Positions 1 to 9,811 of a stretch of 64,000 bases of DNA are shown here, in pieces (within the stretch, counting starts at the first letter, position 1; each line of letters begins with the position of its first letter). Under the pieces are notes generated by a model. The model was given only the letters and a program-made list of their open reading frames with translations. It ran no database searches and was not told the origin of the DNA. Location of the stretch: the NCBI GenBank assembly GCA_946221025.1, contig CAMIMS010000003.1, forward strand, positions 2,512 through 66,511. The letters run 5' to 3'. Made by a program: the position numbers and the translations under genes. The DNA is from an uncultured Pseudoclavibacter sp. (GTDB taxonomy: Bacteria; Actinomycetota; Actinomycetes; Actinomycetales; Microbacteriaceae).

Positions 1-203
1 CACGCCTGCAAGAAGCTTCACGCGCTCCCGAAGCGATCCTGAGAAATCGAGCTCACCGCGCATCGCGCGTTCGGTGATATCGGCGACTTCATCACGAACA
101 CCGATCCGGTCGGCGATGAGCTCAATCACCTCATCCTGGATGAGCGTCGAGTCAACATCGAGCACAACGAGGAACCGGGCGTGCCCGGCCGGCGTGGCGT
201 CGG

Positions 204-1445
204 TCACGGAAGAACGACGCCGTTCTTTTCGACCACGGTGATGCCCGAATCGGTCACGGTGAATCCGCGTGCGCGATCGTGGTTGTGGTCAATGCCCACC
301 TGCGCGTTCTCGTGAACGACGACGTTCTTATCGAGAATTGCTCGACGAATGACCGCGCCGGGGCGCACCTGCACGCGATCGAAGAGGATGGAGTCGGTGA
401 TCGACGACCCCGACTCGACCTTCGCCCAGGGTCCGAGCACCGAACGCTCAATGTGAGCGCCAGAAATCACCGAACCGAGCGAGATGATCGAATCAATCAT
501 CGTGCCGGTGACGCCTCGGCCATCGCGCGTGAACTTCGCCGGCGGCGAGTTGAGCTGCTGCGAGAAGATCGGCCACTGCTCGTTGTAGAGGTTGAAGATC
601 GGCAGCGTCGAAATGAGGTCCATGTGCGCGTCGTAGAACGAGTCGATCGTTCCCACATCGCGCCAGTAGTAGCGGTCACGCGGCGTTGAACCGGGAACGT
701 CGTTGTCGTTCAGGTCGTAGACACCGCAGTCACCGGCATCCACGAACGCCGGGATGATGTCGCCACCCATATCGTGCTTCGAGTCATCGATATCGGAGTC
801 GCGCTTGACCGCTTCAACGAGCTTGTTCGCATCGAACACGTAGTTGCCCATTGACGCGAGAATCTCGTGCGGCGAATCGGGCAGACCCTGCGCATCCTCG
901 GGCTTCTCGCGGAAGTTCGCGATCTTGTTCGGGTTCTCCGGGTCAACCTCGATGACGCCGAACGAGCGGGACATTTCAATCGGCTGGCGAATCGCCGCGA
1001 CCGTTGCGCCAAGCCCGGAGTCGATGTGGGCCTGCACCATCTGCGAAAAGTCCATGCGGTACACGTGATCGGCGCCCACCACGACAACGATGTCGGGGCG
1101 CTCATCGAAGATGAGGTTCAGGCTCTGGTGAATCGCATCCGCCGAACCCGAGAACCATTGCTTACCGAGGCGTTGCTGAGCCGGAACCGATGCCACGTAT
1201 GAGTTCAGCATCGCCGGCAACCGCCACGTGTGCGAGATGTGACGATCGAGCGAGTGCGACTTGTACTGCGTCAGCACGACGATCTTCTGGATACCGGAAT
1301 TGAACAAGTTCGACAGTGCGAAGTCGATGAGCCGGTATTGACCTGCGAACGGCACCGCCGGCTTCGCTCGATCCGACGTGAGCGGCATGAGCCGCTTGCC
1401 CTCTCCACCGGCAAGAACGATGCCGAACACCTTTTTCTGCGCCAT
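204..1445 (-). CDS. glgC: glucose-1-phosphate adenylyltransferase
   Basis: 413 aa; N-terminus [23 protein letters not shown] is the nucleotidyltransferase motif typical of GlgC; divergent from glgA as in mycobacteria. Confidence 0.93.
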   Translation of the reverse strand: MAQKKVFGIVLAGGEGKRLMPLTSDRAKPAVPFAGQYRLIDFALSNLFNSGIQKIVVLTQYKSHSLDRHISHTWRLPAMLNSYVASVPAQQRLGKQWFSGSADAIHQSLNLIFDERPDIVVVVGADHVYRMDFSQMVQAHIDSGLGATVAAIRQPIEMSRSFGVIEVDPENPNKIANFREKPEDAQGLPDSPHEILASMGNYVFDANKLVEAVKRDSDIDDSKHDMGGDIIPAFVDAGDCGVYDLNDNDVPGSTPRDRYYWRDVGTIDSFYDAHMDLISTLPIFNLYNEQWPIFSQQLNSPPAKFTRDGRGVTGTMIDSIISLGSVISGAHIERSVLGPWAKVESGSSITDSILFDRVQVRPGAVIRRAILDKNVVVHENAQVGIDHNHDRARGFTVTDSGITVVEKNGVVLP

Positions 1446-1525
1446 GCCGTGAGCCTACGCATCCCCGGTGAACGCTCGCCGAACCCGCCATGCTTCGGTC
1501 GCGCAGATGGGTTAGCGTGAGTGGC

Positions 1526-2716
1526 GTGCGCATCGATGTGATTTCTCGCGAGTACCCGCCGGCCGTCTACGGGGGAGCGGGGGTGCACGTCACCGAGCTC
1601 GTTCGCGCAATGCGCCGACAGATCGACGTGAAGGTTCGCGCCTTCGGCGACGAGCGTGACGAGGCCGACACGTTCTCGTACCAGGTTCCGGATGCGCTCA
1701 AGGATTCGAACGCAGCGCTCGGCTTCCTCGGCACCGACCTTGAGATCGCTCGCGACGTTGAGGGCGCCGACCTCGTGCACTCGCACACCTGGTACGCCAA
1801 CGCCGCCGGCAACATCGCCGGGATGCTCCACGGCATCCCGCACCTGATCACCGCCCACAGCCTGGAGCCCCTTCGTCCGTGGAAGGCCGAGCAGCTCGGC
1901 GGCGGCTACCGACTCTCGAGCTGGATGGAGCGAACCAGCTACGAGCAGGCCAGCCGCATCATCGCGGTGAGCGAGGGGATGCGTCGCGACATTCTTCGCG
2001 CCTACCCGCAGCTCGACCCTGACAAGGTGACCGTCGTCTACAACGGCATCGATCTCGACGATTGGAAACCGCGCAACAACCCCGACCGGGCGCGAGAGCT
2101 CGGGATGGACCCCGATAAGCGTTCGGTCATCTTCGTTGGCCGCATCACTCGGCAGAAGGGCCTGCCGTACCTGCTTCGCGCGGTGCGCGAGATTCCAGAG
2201 GATGTGCAGATCGTTCTGTGCGCCGGCGCGCCCGACACTCCGGAAATTGAGCGCGAGGTCACCGGCCTCGTCGACAAGCTCCGCGAAGAGCGCGAGGGCG
2301 TGGTGTGGATCACCGAGCATCTTCCGAAGGAAGACCTCTCGGTGCTGCTGACGGCTGCGACGACCTTCGTGTGCCCCTCCATCTACGAACCGCTCGGCAT
2401 CGTGAACCTCGAAGCGATGGCCTGCGGCACGGCCGTGGTCGGAACCGCCACCGGTGGCATTCCGGAGGTCGTCGCCGACGGTGAGACCGGTCGCCTCGTG
2501 GAGATCGAGCAGCTCGATGACGGCACCGGCACCCCGGTCGACGAGGACGCCTACGTGGCTGACCTCGCGCGCCTGCTCACCGAAGTGCTGGACGATCCGC
2601 AGAAGGCTGAGGAGTACGGCCGCGCTGGCCGCGAGCGAGTCGAGCGGGAGTTCACCTGGTCGAAGATCGCCGACGAAACGATCGCGCTTTACCGCGAAGT
2701 CCTCGGCGAGCGCTAA
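1526..2716 (+). CDS. glgA: glycogen synthase (ADP-glucose-type alpha-1,4-glucan glucosyltransferase, GT4)
   Basis: VRIDVISREYPPAVYGGAGVHVTELV matches the actinobacterial GlgA N-terminus; GTG start at 1526 chosen by homology, ORF opens at ATG 1490 as an alternative. Confidence 0.88.
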   Translation: MRIDVISREYPPAVYGGAGVHVTELVRAMRRQIDVKVRAFGDERDEADTFSYQVPDALKDSNAALGFLGTDLEIARDVEGADLVHSHTWYANAAGNIAGMLHGIPHLITAHSLEPLRPWKAEQLGGGYRLSSWMERTSYEQASRIIAVSEGMRRDILRAYPQLDPDKVTVVYNGIDLDDWKPRNNPDRARELGMDPDKRSVIFVGRITRQKGLPYLLRAVREIPEDVQIVLCAGAPDTPEIEREVTGLVDKLREEREGVVWITEHLPKEDLSVLLTAATTFVCPSIYEPLGIVNLEAMACGTAVVGTATGGIPEVVADGETGRLVEIEQLDDGTGTPVDEDAYVADLARLLTEVLDDPQKAEEYGRAGRERVEREFTWSKIADETIALYREVLGER

Positions 2717-2740
2717 CCCTCGACAAGTACCCTTACCGGC

Positions 2741-3523
2741 ATGGTTGCCGTGCTGGATTTTCAGTCCGTGAGCGTCGTTCGATCCGGACAGCCCATCCTC
2801 AACAGAATTGACTGGCACGTCGAAGACGACGAGCGCTGGGTGATCCTCGGGCCGAACGGTGCGGGCAAGTCGACGCTGCTCGCGCTTGCCGCGGCACAGA
2901 TGCACCCGTCTTCGGGAAATGTCCAGATCCTCGAGGAAACGCTCGGGCGAACGGATGTGTTCGATCTGCGCCCGCGCATCGGACTCGCATCCTCCGCCGT
3001 CGCTCGACGCATTCCCGCAGGTGAGACGGTCAAGAACGTCGTGCTCACCGCGGCCTACGGGGTTACCGGGCGCTGGCGCGAACAGTATGACGACCTCGAT
3101 GAGGATCAGGCCGACTACGTGCTGCACCTTTGGCAGCTGACAGATCTCGCCGACCGCCGGTTCGGCACGCTCTCTGACGGTGAGCAAAAGCGCGTGCAGA
3201 TCGCACGGGCGGTAATGACCGACCCCGAGATCCTCCTCATGGATGAACCGAGCGCATCCCTCGACCTCGGTGCCCGCGAGCGGCTGCTCGCATCGCTCAC
3301 CAACTACCTGGCCTCCGAGGGGTCGCCGGCGATCATCATGGTCACCCACCACGTCGAAGAGATCCCGGTCGGCATCACGCACGCGCTTCTGCTTCGCGAT
3401 GGTGAGATCGTCGGCGCGGGCGCGATCGACGAGGTGGTCACGGGAGAGAAGCTCAGCGACACATTCGGGTTGCCGCTTCAGGTGACCCGCGAAGACGGGC
3501 GCTTCACGGCTCGCGCGAAATAG
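2741..3523 (+). CDS. ABC transporter ATP-binding protein (no adjacent permease)
   Basis: Walker A GPNGAGKST, signature LSDGEQKRVQIARA, Walker B LLMDEPSASLD; 260 aa. Confidence 0.85.
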   Translation: MVAVLDFQSVSVVRSGQPILNRIDWHVEDDERWVILGPNGAGKSTLLALAAAQMHPSSGNVQILEETLGRTDVFDLRPRIGLASSAVARRIPAGETVKNVVLTAAYGVTGRWREQYDDLDEDQADYVLHLWQLTDLADRRFGTLSDGEQKRVQIARAVMTDPEILLMDEPSASLDLGARERLLASLTNYLASEGSPAIIMVTHHVEEIPVGITHALLLRDGEIVGAGAIDEVVTGEKLSDTFGLPLQVTREDGRFTARAK

Positions 3524-3561
3524 CCGCACCACGACAACGCACGTCGCACGGCGAGAACAAC

Positions 3562-3598
3562 GAAGCGGGCGGAGGCACTGAGTGCTTCCGCCCGCTTC
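3562..3598. terminator. bidirectional intrinsic terminator hairpin between convergent genes
   Basis: gaagcgggcggaggcac-tga-gtgcttccgcccgcttc; 17-bp stem with one mismatch. Confidence 0.6.
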
Positions 3599-3613
3599 GT
3601 CGTCTGGCGCTCG

Positions 3614-4645
3614 TTATCGGTTCAGACCATCGAGGCGGTCGCGCACATTCGTCTCGAGCAACTCGTGCATGAGCGTTTCGAGCTTCTCGTGCACCCGCTT
3701 CATCGCGAGGTTGCTGCGCACCGCCTCCTGGTAGGCCTGTGTCTGGTCGACGGCAGAGAGGTCGGCCGGGTCTTCACCCGCGTGACGGGAGTTCCATTCG
3801 CGCAGCAGGCGAACCGCGGTGCCCGCAGCCCACTGATCGAACGTGGCTTCGCGAAGGTTCGTTTTCGCGGTGCGGATGAGCTCATCCCGAGCCTGCTGAG
3901 AGGCCTGCGCATCCGAACCGAACAGTCGCTCCTGCGCGTCTTGGCCGAGCTTCTCGATCGCGCCGGTCACGGCGGTATTCACGTCGTCAGCGACGCGATC
4001 CCATCCCCAGGCGCCCGGCATCATTGCGAAGGATGCGGGAAGGCGAACCGGCGCACGCAGCGCTTCGGCCACGCTCTTGACCGCGGGGAGCGACGACTCG
4101 CTGCCCTGGTCTGCAGCGGTCTGCGCCGGCTCACCCGCCGTTGCCGTGGTGTCGGGCGAGGCTTCCCCGCGTGCGATGGCCAGCTGCGCCTTCCACCATT
4201 CGGGGATGCGGTCCTCATCGCGCGGGTGCAGCTCAAGTTCGCGCGCCCACATCTCGGGCGTGGGGATCTGCCCGGCCTCGGGGTCTGTCGGGGGCTGGAG
4301 GGGCGCATCCGGGTGCATGCCGAACCAGACCTGGTCGTTCCAGATGACGTGCAGCTGCATCTCGCCCTCGCGAGAGAGCGTCATTTCAAGGGCCGTGAAC
4401 CAGCCACCCTTCGGGTCGCTCACCGCCTCCCGGTAGTCGTTCATAGCCGCCTGCAGCTCGGGGCTCACCTGACCGAGCATGGTTTGGCCATCCGCGGTGA
4501 CGAGGGTCAACTCCTGGAACTGCGCATTCACAACGCGCGACCAGATGACCCGGGAGCGCGTCCATTCAATGTTGGTTGGCATCAGTGCCCACCAGCTCTC
4601 GATCATGTTGTTCGAGGCTTCGGACATCCGCTGAAGATTGGGCAT
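3614..4645 (-). CDS. hypothetical two-domain protein (W-rich N-domain, P/E/A/T linker, helical C-domain)
   Basis: ORF with protein-like composition; start [11 protein letters not shown] chosen inside the longer 3614..4837 ORF; the antisense ORF 3665..4690 is R/G-rich and looks spurious. Confidence 0.55.
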   Translation of the reverse strand: MPNLQRMSEASNNMIESWWALMPTNIEWTRSRVIWSRVVNAQFQELTLVTADGQTMLGQVSPELQAAMNDYREAVSDPKGGWFTALEMTLSREGEMQLHVIWNDQVWFGMHPDAPLQPPTDPEAGQIPTPEMWARELELHPRDEDRIPEWWKAQLAIARGEASPDTTATAGEPAQTAADQGSESSLPAVKSVAEALRAPVRLPASFAMMPGAWGWDRVADDVNTAVTGAIEKLGQDAQERLFGSDAQASQQARDELIRTAKTNLREATFDQWAAGTAVRLLREWNSRHAGEDPADLSAVDQTQAYQEAVRSNLAMKRVHEKLETLMHELLETNVRDRLDGLNR

Positions 4646-4798
4646 GTCGCTCCTTGTTCCGGGGCCGGAAAGAATCGCTCGGCACGATAACAGCGCGGAT
4701 GAACGGCCAGCCGGAAACAAAGGCGAGAAACCGGGATGCGAGCCCGCGCACCCTCTCGCGCCTCGGCGAACGCAGTGGTATTGTTGCCGTTTGGCTCC

Positions 4799-4812
4799 CG
4801 CGCACGTGCGCG
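4799..4812. promoter_or_regulatory. perfect 14-bp palindrome CGCGCACGTGCGCG about 34 bp upstream of rpmE2
   Basis: seen directly; no canonical AT-rich Zur box found upstream of this L31 paralog. Confidence 0.25.
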
Positions 4813-4845
4813 ATGACGACATCAGAGTTTGACGCAAGGATTCGC

Positions 4846-5097
4846 ATGAAGAAGGACATTCACCCCGAGTACCGCCTCGTGGTCTTCAACGACCTCGCTT
4901 CGGGAGAGCGCTTCCTCACCCGTTCGACCGTCGCCACCGAGAAGACCACCGAGTGGGAAGACGGCAACACCTACCCGTCGGTCGACGTCGAGATCTCCAG
5001 CGCCTCGCACCCGTTCTACACGGGCAAGCAGCGCATCCTCGACTCGGCCGGTCGCGTCGAGAAGTTCAAGAACCGCTACGCGAAGTTCGGCAAGTAG
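4846..5097 (+). CDS. rpmE2: 50S ribosomal protein L31 type B (non-zinc-ribbon paralog)
   Basis: [23 protein letters not shown]...[24 protein letters not shown]; AAGGA RBS 6 nt upstream. Confidence 0.93.
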   Translation: MKKDIHPEYRLVVFNDLASGERFLTRSTVATEKTTEWEDGNTYPSVDVEISSASHPFYTGKQRILDSAGRVEKFKNRYAKFGK

Positions 5098-5114
5098 TTC
5101 GACCCGAAACGACG

Positions 5115-5152
5115 AGAGGGGCCCGCTGCCATCTGGCAGCGGGCCCCTCTCG
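5115..5152. terminator. strong bidirectional rho-independent terminator
   Basis: perfect 17-bp stem gagaggggcccgctgcc-atct-ggcagcgggcccctctc followed by gtttcg; lies between convergent rpmE2 and the exonuclease gene. Confidence 0.8.
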
Positions 5153-5176
5153 TTTCGCCCAGCACTCGTCAGGGGA

Positions 5177-5872
5177 TCAGCGACGACGGGTCGGCCAGCC
5201 GCGCGCCGCGGTGTAGGACGGGTCACGTTCGCGCCGCATGTACGACTCGAAGTCATCGGCCTGCGCATCCGCCCACTGCACTTGCATCCGGTGAATCTCA
5301 TCGAGTTCGCGGTCGAGCTCATCCGGGAACTTCACCGCGAGAGCCTGCGCGATGCGACCCGATGCGATCGCATCGTCTGATGCGGCATGCGCGTCCAGCA
5401 GCTCGACGCCGTAGGCGACCGCGGTATCGGTGAGGGTGCGCTTGCCCTTGCGGTAGCGGTCAACGGCGCGGTCAATCACGAGCGGATCGATGATTTGCTC
5501 GCCCAGCACGGGAATGATCGGCTCGAGCCCGTGGCGGTGGCATTCCGCATCAAGCAGTTCGAGGTCGTATGGCGCGTTGTAGATCACGAGCGGCACGCGG
5601 TTGCGCGCGATCCACTCGATGCCGGCGCGGATCGCGGCCACGACCTGCTCGGCCGGTTCGCCCTCTTCGCGCGCCATTTCGGTGGTGATCCCGTGCACGT
5701 TCGCGGCCTGTTCGGGAATCTCGACACCGGGGTCGGCAAGCCACTCGGTGCCGCGCATGATGTCGCCGTTCTCATCGAGCATGCCGATGAAGGCGGTCAC
5801 GATGCGCGCGTCGGCCGGGTTGATGCCGGTCGTTTCGGTGTCGAAGACGGCGATGCGCTCGTGCCAGCTCAT
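5177..5872 (-). CDS. DEDDh 3'-5' exonuclease (DNA polymerase III epsilon-like)
   Basis: VFDTETTGINPADARIV...NAPYDLELL...HAASDDA are Exo I/II/III motifs; start ATG overlaps the treS stop (ATGA). Confidence 0.85.
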   Translation of the reverse strand: MSWHERIAVFDTETTGINPADARIVTAFIGMLDENGDIMRGTEWLADPGVEIPEQAANVHGITTEMAREEGEPAEQVVAAIRAGIEWIARNRVPLVIYNAPYDLELLDAECHRHGLEPIIPVLGEQIIDPLVIDRAVDRYRKGKRTLTDTAVAYGVELLDAHAASDDAIASGRIAQALAVKFPDELDRELDEIHRMQVQWADAQADDFESYMRRERDPSYTAARGWPTRRR

Positions 5873-7662
5873 GCTTCGGCCCGACGCTCGGAGATCTCTG
5901 CTGCCGGGCGGATGATCGGGATGGCCGTGGTAGAGGTGGTCTGGTACTCCGCATCCGCCACGTAGAGCCAGTAGAAGGTCTGCGAACCGAAGGTCAGAGT
6001 CACCGTGCCGTCTTCGCAAACGCGCGGGAACTCCTGCCCACCGAAGAGGTCGAACAGGCGCGAGCCTTCGTAACCCGGCAGCTGGATCGTCGCGGTGGCG
6101 GGGTTGTGCGAGAACGAGAACACGCACAGCACCTGCTCGGGTCGGTCACCGGCGGTCGCGATGGGGGAGTCGGTGCCCCCGGCGTACGAACGGATGTAGG
6201 CGAGCACCGAGTCATGGCTGGTGGACATGACCGTGAGGTCGCCGAGCCCGAACACGGGGTGCTGACGACGCACCTGCAGCATTGATCGCAGCCACTGCAG
6301 GAATGAGCGCGACTGCCCGAGCTGCGCTTCGACGTTCACGGTGCGGAAGTTGTAGACGAGCGAATCCACGACCGGGAGGTAGAGCTTGCCGGGGTCTGCG
6401 GTTGAGAAGCCGGCGTTGCGGTCGGGCGTCCACTGCATCGGCGTGCGCGACGCGTCGCGGTCATCGAGCCAGATGTTGTCGCCCATGCCGATCTCATCGC
6501 CGTAGTAGAGGAAGGGTGAGCCCTTCAGCGAGAGCAGGATGGCGTGGGCGAGCTGGATCTCGTCGCGGGAGTTGTCGAGCAGTGGCGCGAGGCGGCGACG
6601 AATACCGATGTTGACGCGCATCCGCGGGTCGAAGGCGTACCAGCCGTACATTGCCTGGCGGTACTCCTCCGAGACCATCTCGAGGGTGAGCTCGTCGTGG
6701 TTGCGCAGGAACACGCCCCAGGCGGCCGCATCCGGAATCTCGAGCTGCTTCTCGAGAATGTTCTCGAGTTCGTGCTTCTCCTGCGAGCGAAGGGCGTAGA
6801 AAATGCGCGGCATCGTAGGAAAGTCGAATGCCATGTGGCACTCGGGGGCATCGTTGGTGCCGAGGAAGTCGACGACCTCTTCGGGCCACTGGTTGGCCTC
6901 GGCAAGCAGGATGCGGCCGGGGTATTCGCTGTCGACGAGGTCGCGAAGTTCGCGAATGTACTCGTGGGTCTCGGGCTCGCCCTCACCGTTGCCGTCTTCG
7001 GATTCGAACAGGTACGGGATGGCGTCGAGGCGCAGGCCGTCAACGCCGAGGTCGAGCCAGAACCGGATGATGTTCTTCATCTCTTCGCGCACGGCCGGGT
7101 TCTCGAAGTTGAGGTCGGGCTGATGCGAGAAGAAGCGGTGGAAGAAGAATTGGCGGCGAACCGGGTCGAAGGTCCAGTTCGACTCTTCGGTGTCGACGAA
7201 GATGATGCGGATGTCTTCGTACTTCTCGTCCGTGTCGCTCCACACGTAGTAGTCGCCGTACGGGCCCTCCGGGTCTTCGCGGGAGGCTTGGAACCACTCG
7301 TGCTGGTCGGAGGTGTGGTTGATGACCATGTCGATGATCACGCGCATCCCGCGCTCGTGCGCGCGGTGCACGAGTTCCTGGAACTCATCGATCGACCCGA
7401 ACTCGGGCAGCACCGCCCGATAGTCCTGCACGTCGTACCCACCGTCGCGAAGGGGCGAAAGGAAGAACGGCGGGATCCACAGCGCGTCAATGCCGAGCCA
7501 CTGCAGGTAGTCGAGCTTCGAGGTGAGCCCGGCGAAGTCGCCGACGCCGTCGCCGTTCGAGTCGGCGAACGAGCGCACCATCACCTCGTAGAACACCGCC
7601 CGCTTGTACCAGGATTCGTCCCGATCCAGTCCGGGCATGTGCAGTGGGGCGTTGAAGCTCAT
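5869..7662 (-). CDS. treS: trehalose synthase / maltose alpha-D-glucosyltransferase
   Basis: 597 aa GH13; WYKRAVFYEV, DGVGDFAGL and VINHTSDQHEWF are typical TreS motifs. Confidence 0.92.
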   Translation of the reverse strand: MSFNAPLHMPGLDRDESWYKRAVFYEVMVRSFADSNGDGVGDFAGLTSKLDYLQWLGIDALWIPPFFLSPLRDGGYDVQDYRAVLPEFGSIDEFQELVHRAHERGMRVIIDMVINHTSDQHEWFQASREDPEGPYGDYYVWSDTDEKYEDIRIIFVDTEESNWTFDPVRRQFFFHRFFSHQPDLNFENPAVREEMKNIIRFWLDLGVDGLRLDAIPYLFESEDGNGEGEPETHEYIRELRDLVDSEYPGRILLAEANQWPEEVVDFLGTNDAPECHMAFDFPTMPRIFYALRSQEKHELENILEKQLEIPDAAAWGVFLRNHDELTLEMVSEEYRQAMYGWYAFDPRMRVNIGIRRRLAPLLDNSRDEIQLAHAILLSLKGSPFLYYGDEIGMGDNIWLDDRDASRTPMQWTPDRNAGFSTADPGKLYLPVVDSLVYNFRTVNVEAQLGQSRSFLQWLRSMLQVRRQHPVFGLGDLTVMSTSHDSVLAYIRSYAGGTDSPIATAGDRPEQVLCVFSFSHNPATATIQLPGYEGSRLFDLFGGQEFPRVCEDGTVTLTFGSQTFYWLYVADAEYQTTSTTAIPIIRPAAEISERRAEA

Positions 7663-7722
7663 GGAGCGTCCTCTCGGGTGCGCGCGTGGTTGGCAAATAG
7701 CCGCGGCCTACACTTTCCCACG

Positions 7723-8643
7723 ATGGTGAACACTCACGCGCGCAGCGAGGCGCTTCTTGCCGGACGAACGGTGACCGAGCACCGCAACACGGTCGCGACA
7801 TCGGTCACCGGCTGGTGGGAATACGAGCCTGCCGAAGCAAGGGCTCGGGGCTTTGCTTCGGCGCCAACGCTCATCCTCGTGCACGGATTCCGTGGCACCC
7901 ACCACGGCCTCGAGGCGGTCGTCGCGCGGCTGCCGCAGTTTCGGGTGATTTCTCCCGACCTTCCCGGTTTCGGCGAGTCGACCCCGATGGCGGGGGAGCA
8001 GACCCTGGATGCGTACGCCGGGTGGCTGCGTCAATTCGTTGACCTCGTCGACCCCGCGGGCCGCGCGATCGTGCTCGGTCACTCCTTCGGATCGCTCATC
8101 GTCGCGCGCAACGTGCGAGCGCTCGGCGACCGGCGCATCGTGCTCGTGAACCCGATCTCGTCCCCGGCGCTCGAAGGCCCGGCAAAGATCGGCACGTTCC
8201 TTGCCATTGCCTACTACCGGATGGGGGAGATGCTCCCCGCGCCGCTCGGGCACACGCTGCTTGCGCATCCGGCGATGACGCGGGTAATGAGCGAGATCAT
8301 AGCGGTGACACGTGACCGGGCGCTGCGCCACTGGATTCACCGCCAGCACCTTGACCACTTCTCGTCGTTCTCTGACCGCTCGACGCTGCTGCAGGCGTTC
8401 AAGGCGTCCGTTTCTGACTCGGTCGCCGCGCACGCGGCTGAGTTCCCGCCGGGGACTGTGATGGTCGTGGGGGATCGTGACCAGATCGCACCGCTTGACG
8501 CGCAGCGCACGACGGCCGCCGCGATGCCAGGCGCCACCCTGCACATCCTTGAGGGGGTCGGGCACCTCATTCACTACGAGCGCCCGATCACGCTCGCCCG
8601 CATCCTCATCGATGAGTTCACAACCGGAACGGAAGTGATATGA
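7723..8643 (+). CDS. alpha/beta hydrolase fold protein
   Basis: LILVHGF...GHSFGS nucleophile elbow; start MVNTHAR chosen inside the longer ORF because upstream part is antisense to treS. Confidence 0.8.
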   Translation: MVNTHARSEALLAGRTVTEHRNTVATSVTGWWEYEPAEARARGFASAPTLILVHGFRGTHHGLEAVVARLPQFRVISPDLPGFGESTPMAGEQTLDAYAGWLRQFVDLVDPAGRAIVLGHSFGSLIVARNVRALGDRRIVLVNPISSPALEGPAKIGTFLAIAYYRMGEMLPAPLGHTLLAHPAMTRVMSEIIAVTRDRALRHWIHRQHLDHFSSFSDRSTLLQAFKASVSDSVAAHAAEFPPGTVMVVGDRDQIAPLDAQRTTAAAMPGATLHILEGVGHLIHYERPITLARILIDEFTTGTEVI

Positions 8644-9767
8644 GCGCTGACATGAGGCCGCGCATCCTGTTCGACTGCCGCTACGTGAAGCTTGAGCGCC
8701 ACGACGGCATTTCTCGATACTCCGCAGAGCTCGTGCGCGCGCTTAGCGACCTGCACCCGGTGACGATGCTCATTTCGGATGAGCGGCAACTGCAGATGCT
8801 GCCGAACCTCCCGTGGATTCTCGGGCCGAGCGAAACGAGCCCCCTGGAACCGTTCGTCGCCCTTCGCATCAACCGGATGCGCATTGACGGTAAGCGGCCG
8901 GATGTGGTGGTGAGCCCCATGCAAACGATGGGATCGATAGGGCGCCGCTACGGCCTCATCCTCACCATTCACGACCTCATCTATTACGTGAACCGCACGC
9001 CGCCGCGGGAGTTCAATCCGGCGATACGGCTGCTGTGGCGCATCTACCACCTCTCGTATTGGCCGCAGCGGGTGCTGCTGAGCGGTGCGGATGCGGTCGC
9101 CACGATCTCTCGAACCACCGGGCGCCTTATGCGCCGTCACCGGTTGACGCGAAAACCGCTCGTGCTCGTGCCGAATGCGCCCGAACAGAGCCTCGCCGCC
9201 TCCGCACGCTTTGCCCCGCCGACGAACCCGAACCTCGTGTACATGGGCTCGTTCATGCCCTACAAGAACGTTGAGACGGTCGCCCGGGCAATGCAGCACC
9301 TGCCCGGATGGACCCTGCACCTGTGCTCGAAGGCCGATGACGCGACAATTGCACGGCTCGAAGAGCTCGCTCCAGCCGGGTCGATCGTCGCCCACCGGGG
9401 CGTGAGCGATGACGCGTACCGGGAGCTGCTTCTTCAGGCGACCGCGCTCGTCACGGCATCCAGAAACGAGGGATTCGGGCTGCCGGTCATCGAGGCGATG
9501 TCCGCCGGCACGCCCGTGCTGTGCAGCGATATTCCGATCTTCCGCGAGGTTGGGGGAGAGGCAGCCCGATACTTCGATCCGGACAGCCCGGAAGACCTCG
9601 CTCGCGCCGCGGTTTCCCTTAGCGAGCAAGCAGCATGGGCCGACGCTTCTGCCGCCAGCGTCGAGCAGGCAGCGACATTTACGTGGACCGCGAGCGCGAC
9701 ATCGCTTCTTCGAGCCGTAGAACGCATCCACGCGGCTCGAACCGGCAACGCGCACGTGGATTCGTAG
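8640..9767 (+). CDS. glycosyltransferase family 4 (GT-B)
   Basis: 375 aa; C-terminal ...EGFGLPVIEAMSAGTPVLCSD is the GT4 EX7E region; 4-bp ATGA overlap with the upstream hydrolase. Confidence 0.82.
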   Translation: MSADMRPRILFDCRYVKLERHDGISRYSAELVRALSDLHPVTMLISDERQLQMLPNLPWILGPSETSPLEPFVALRINRMRIDGKRPDVVVSPMQTMGSIGRRYGLILTIHDLIYYVNRTPPREFNPAIRLLWRIYHLSYWPQRVLLSGADAVATISRTTGRLMRRHRLTRKPLVLVPNAPEQSLAASARFAPPTNPNLVYMGSFMPYKNVETVARAMQHLPGWTLHLCSKADDATIARLEELAPAGSIVAHRGVSDDAYRELLLQATALVTASRNEGFGLPVIEAMSAGTPVLCSDIPIFREVGGEAARYFDPDSPEDLARAAVSLSEQAAWADASAASVEQAATFTWTASATSLLRAVERIHAARTGNAHVDS

Positions 9768-9811
9768 CCCGCATCCCAAGCTCCGGTGCGCTGGCGCGAG
9801 AGAATACGCGA

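Noticed and set aside
1271-3532. 753-aa ORF on the - strand
   Set aside because: Antisense to glgA and the ABC ATPase gene, both of which have clear homology; spurious GC-frame ORF
3665-4690. 341-aa ORF on the + strand
   Set aside because: Antisense to the W-rich hypothetical; Arg/Gly-rich artefact composition
4646-4845. Looked for a Zur box (TGAAAATCATTTTCA-like) upstream of rpmE2
   Set aside because: No AT-rich palindrome present; only a GC palindrome CGCGCACGTGCGCG, reported as low-confidence
6544-7722. 5' two-thirds of the 699-aa + strand ORF
   Set aside because: Antisense to treS; only the C-terminal part from MVNTHAR (7723) has hydrolase homology and it sits downstream of the treS start
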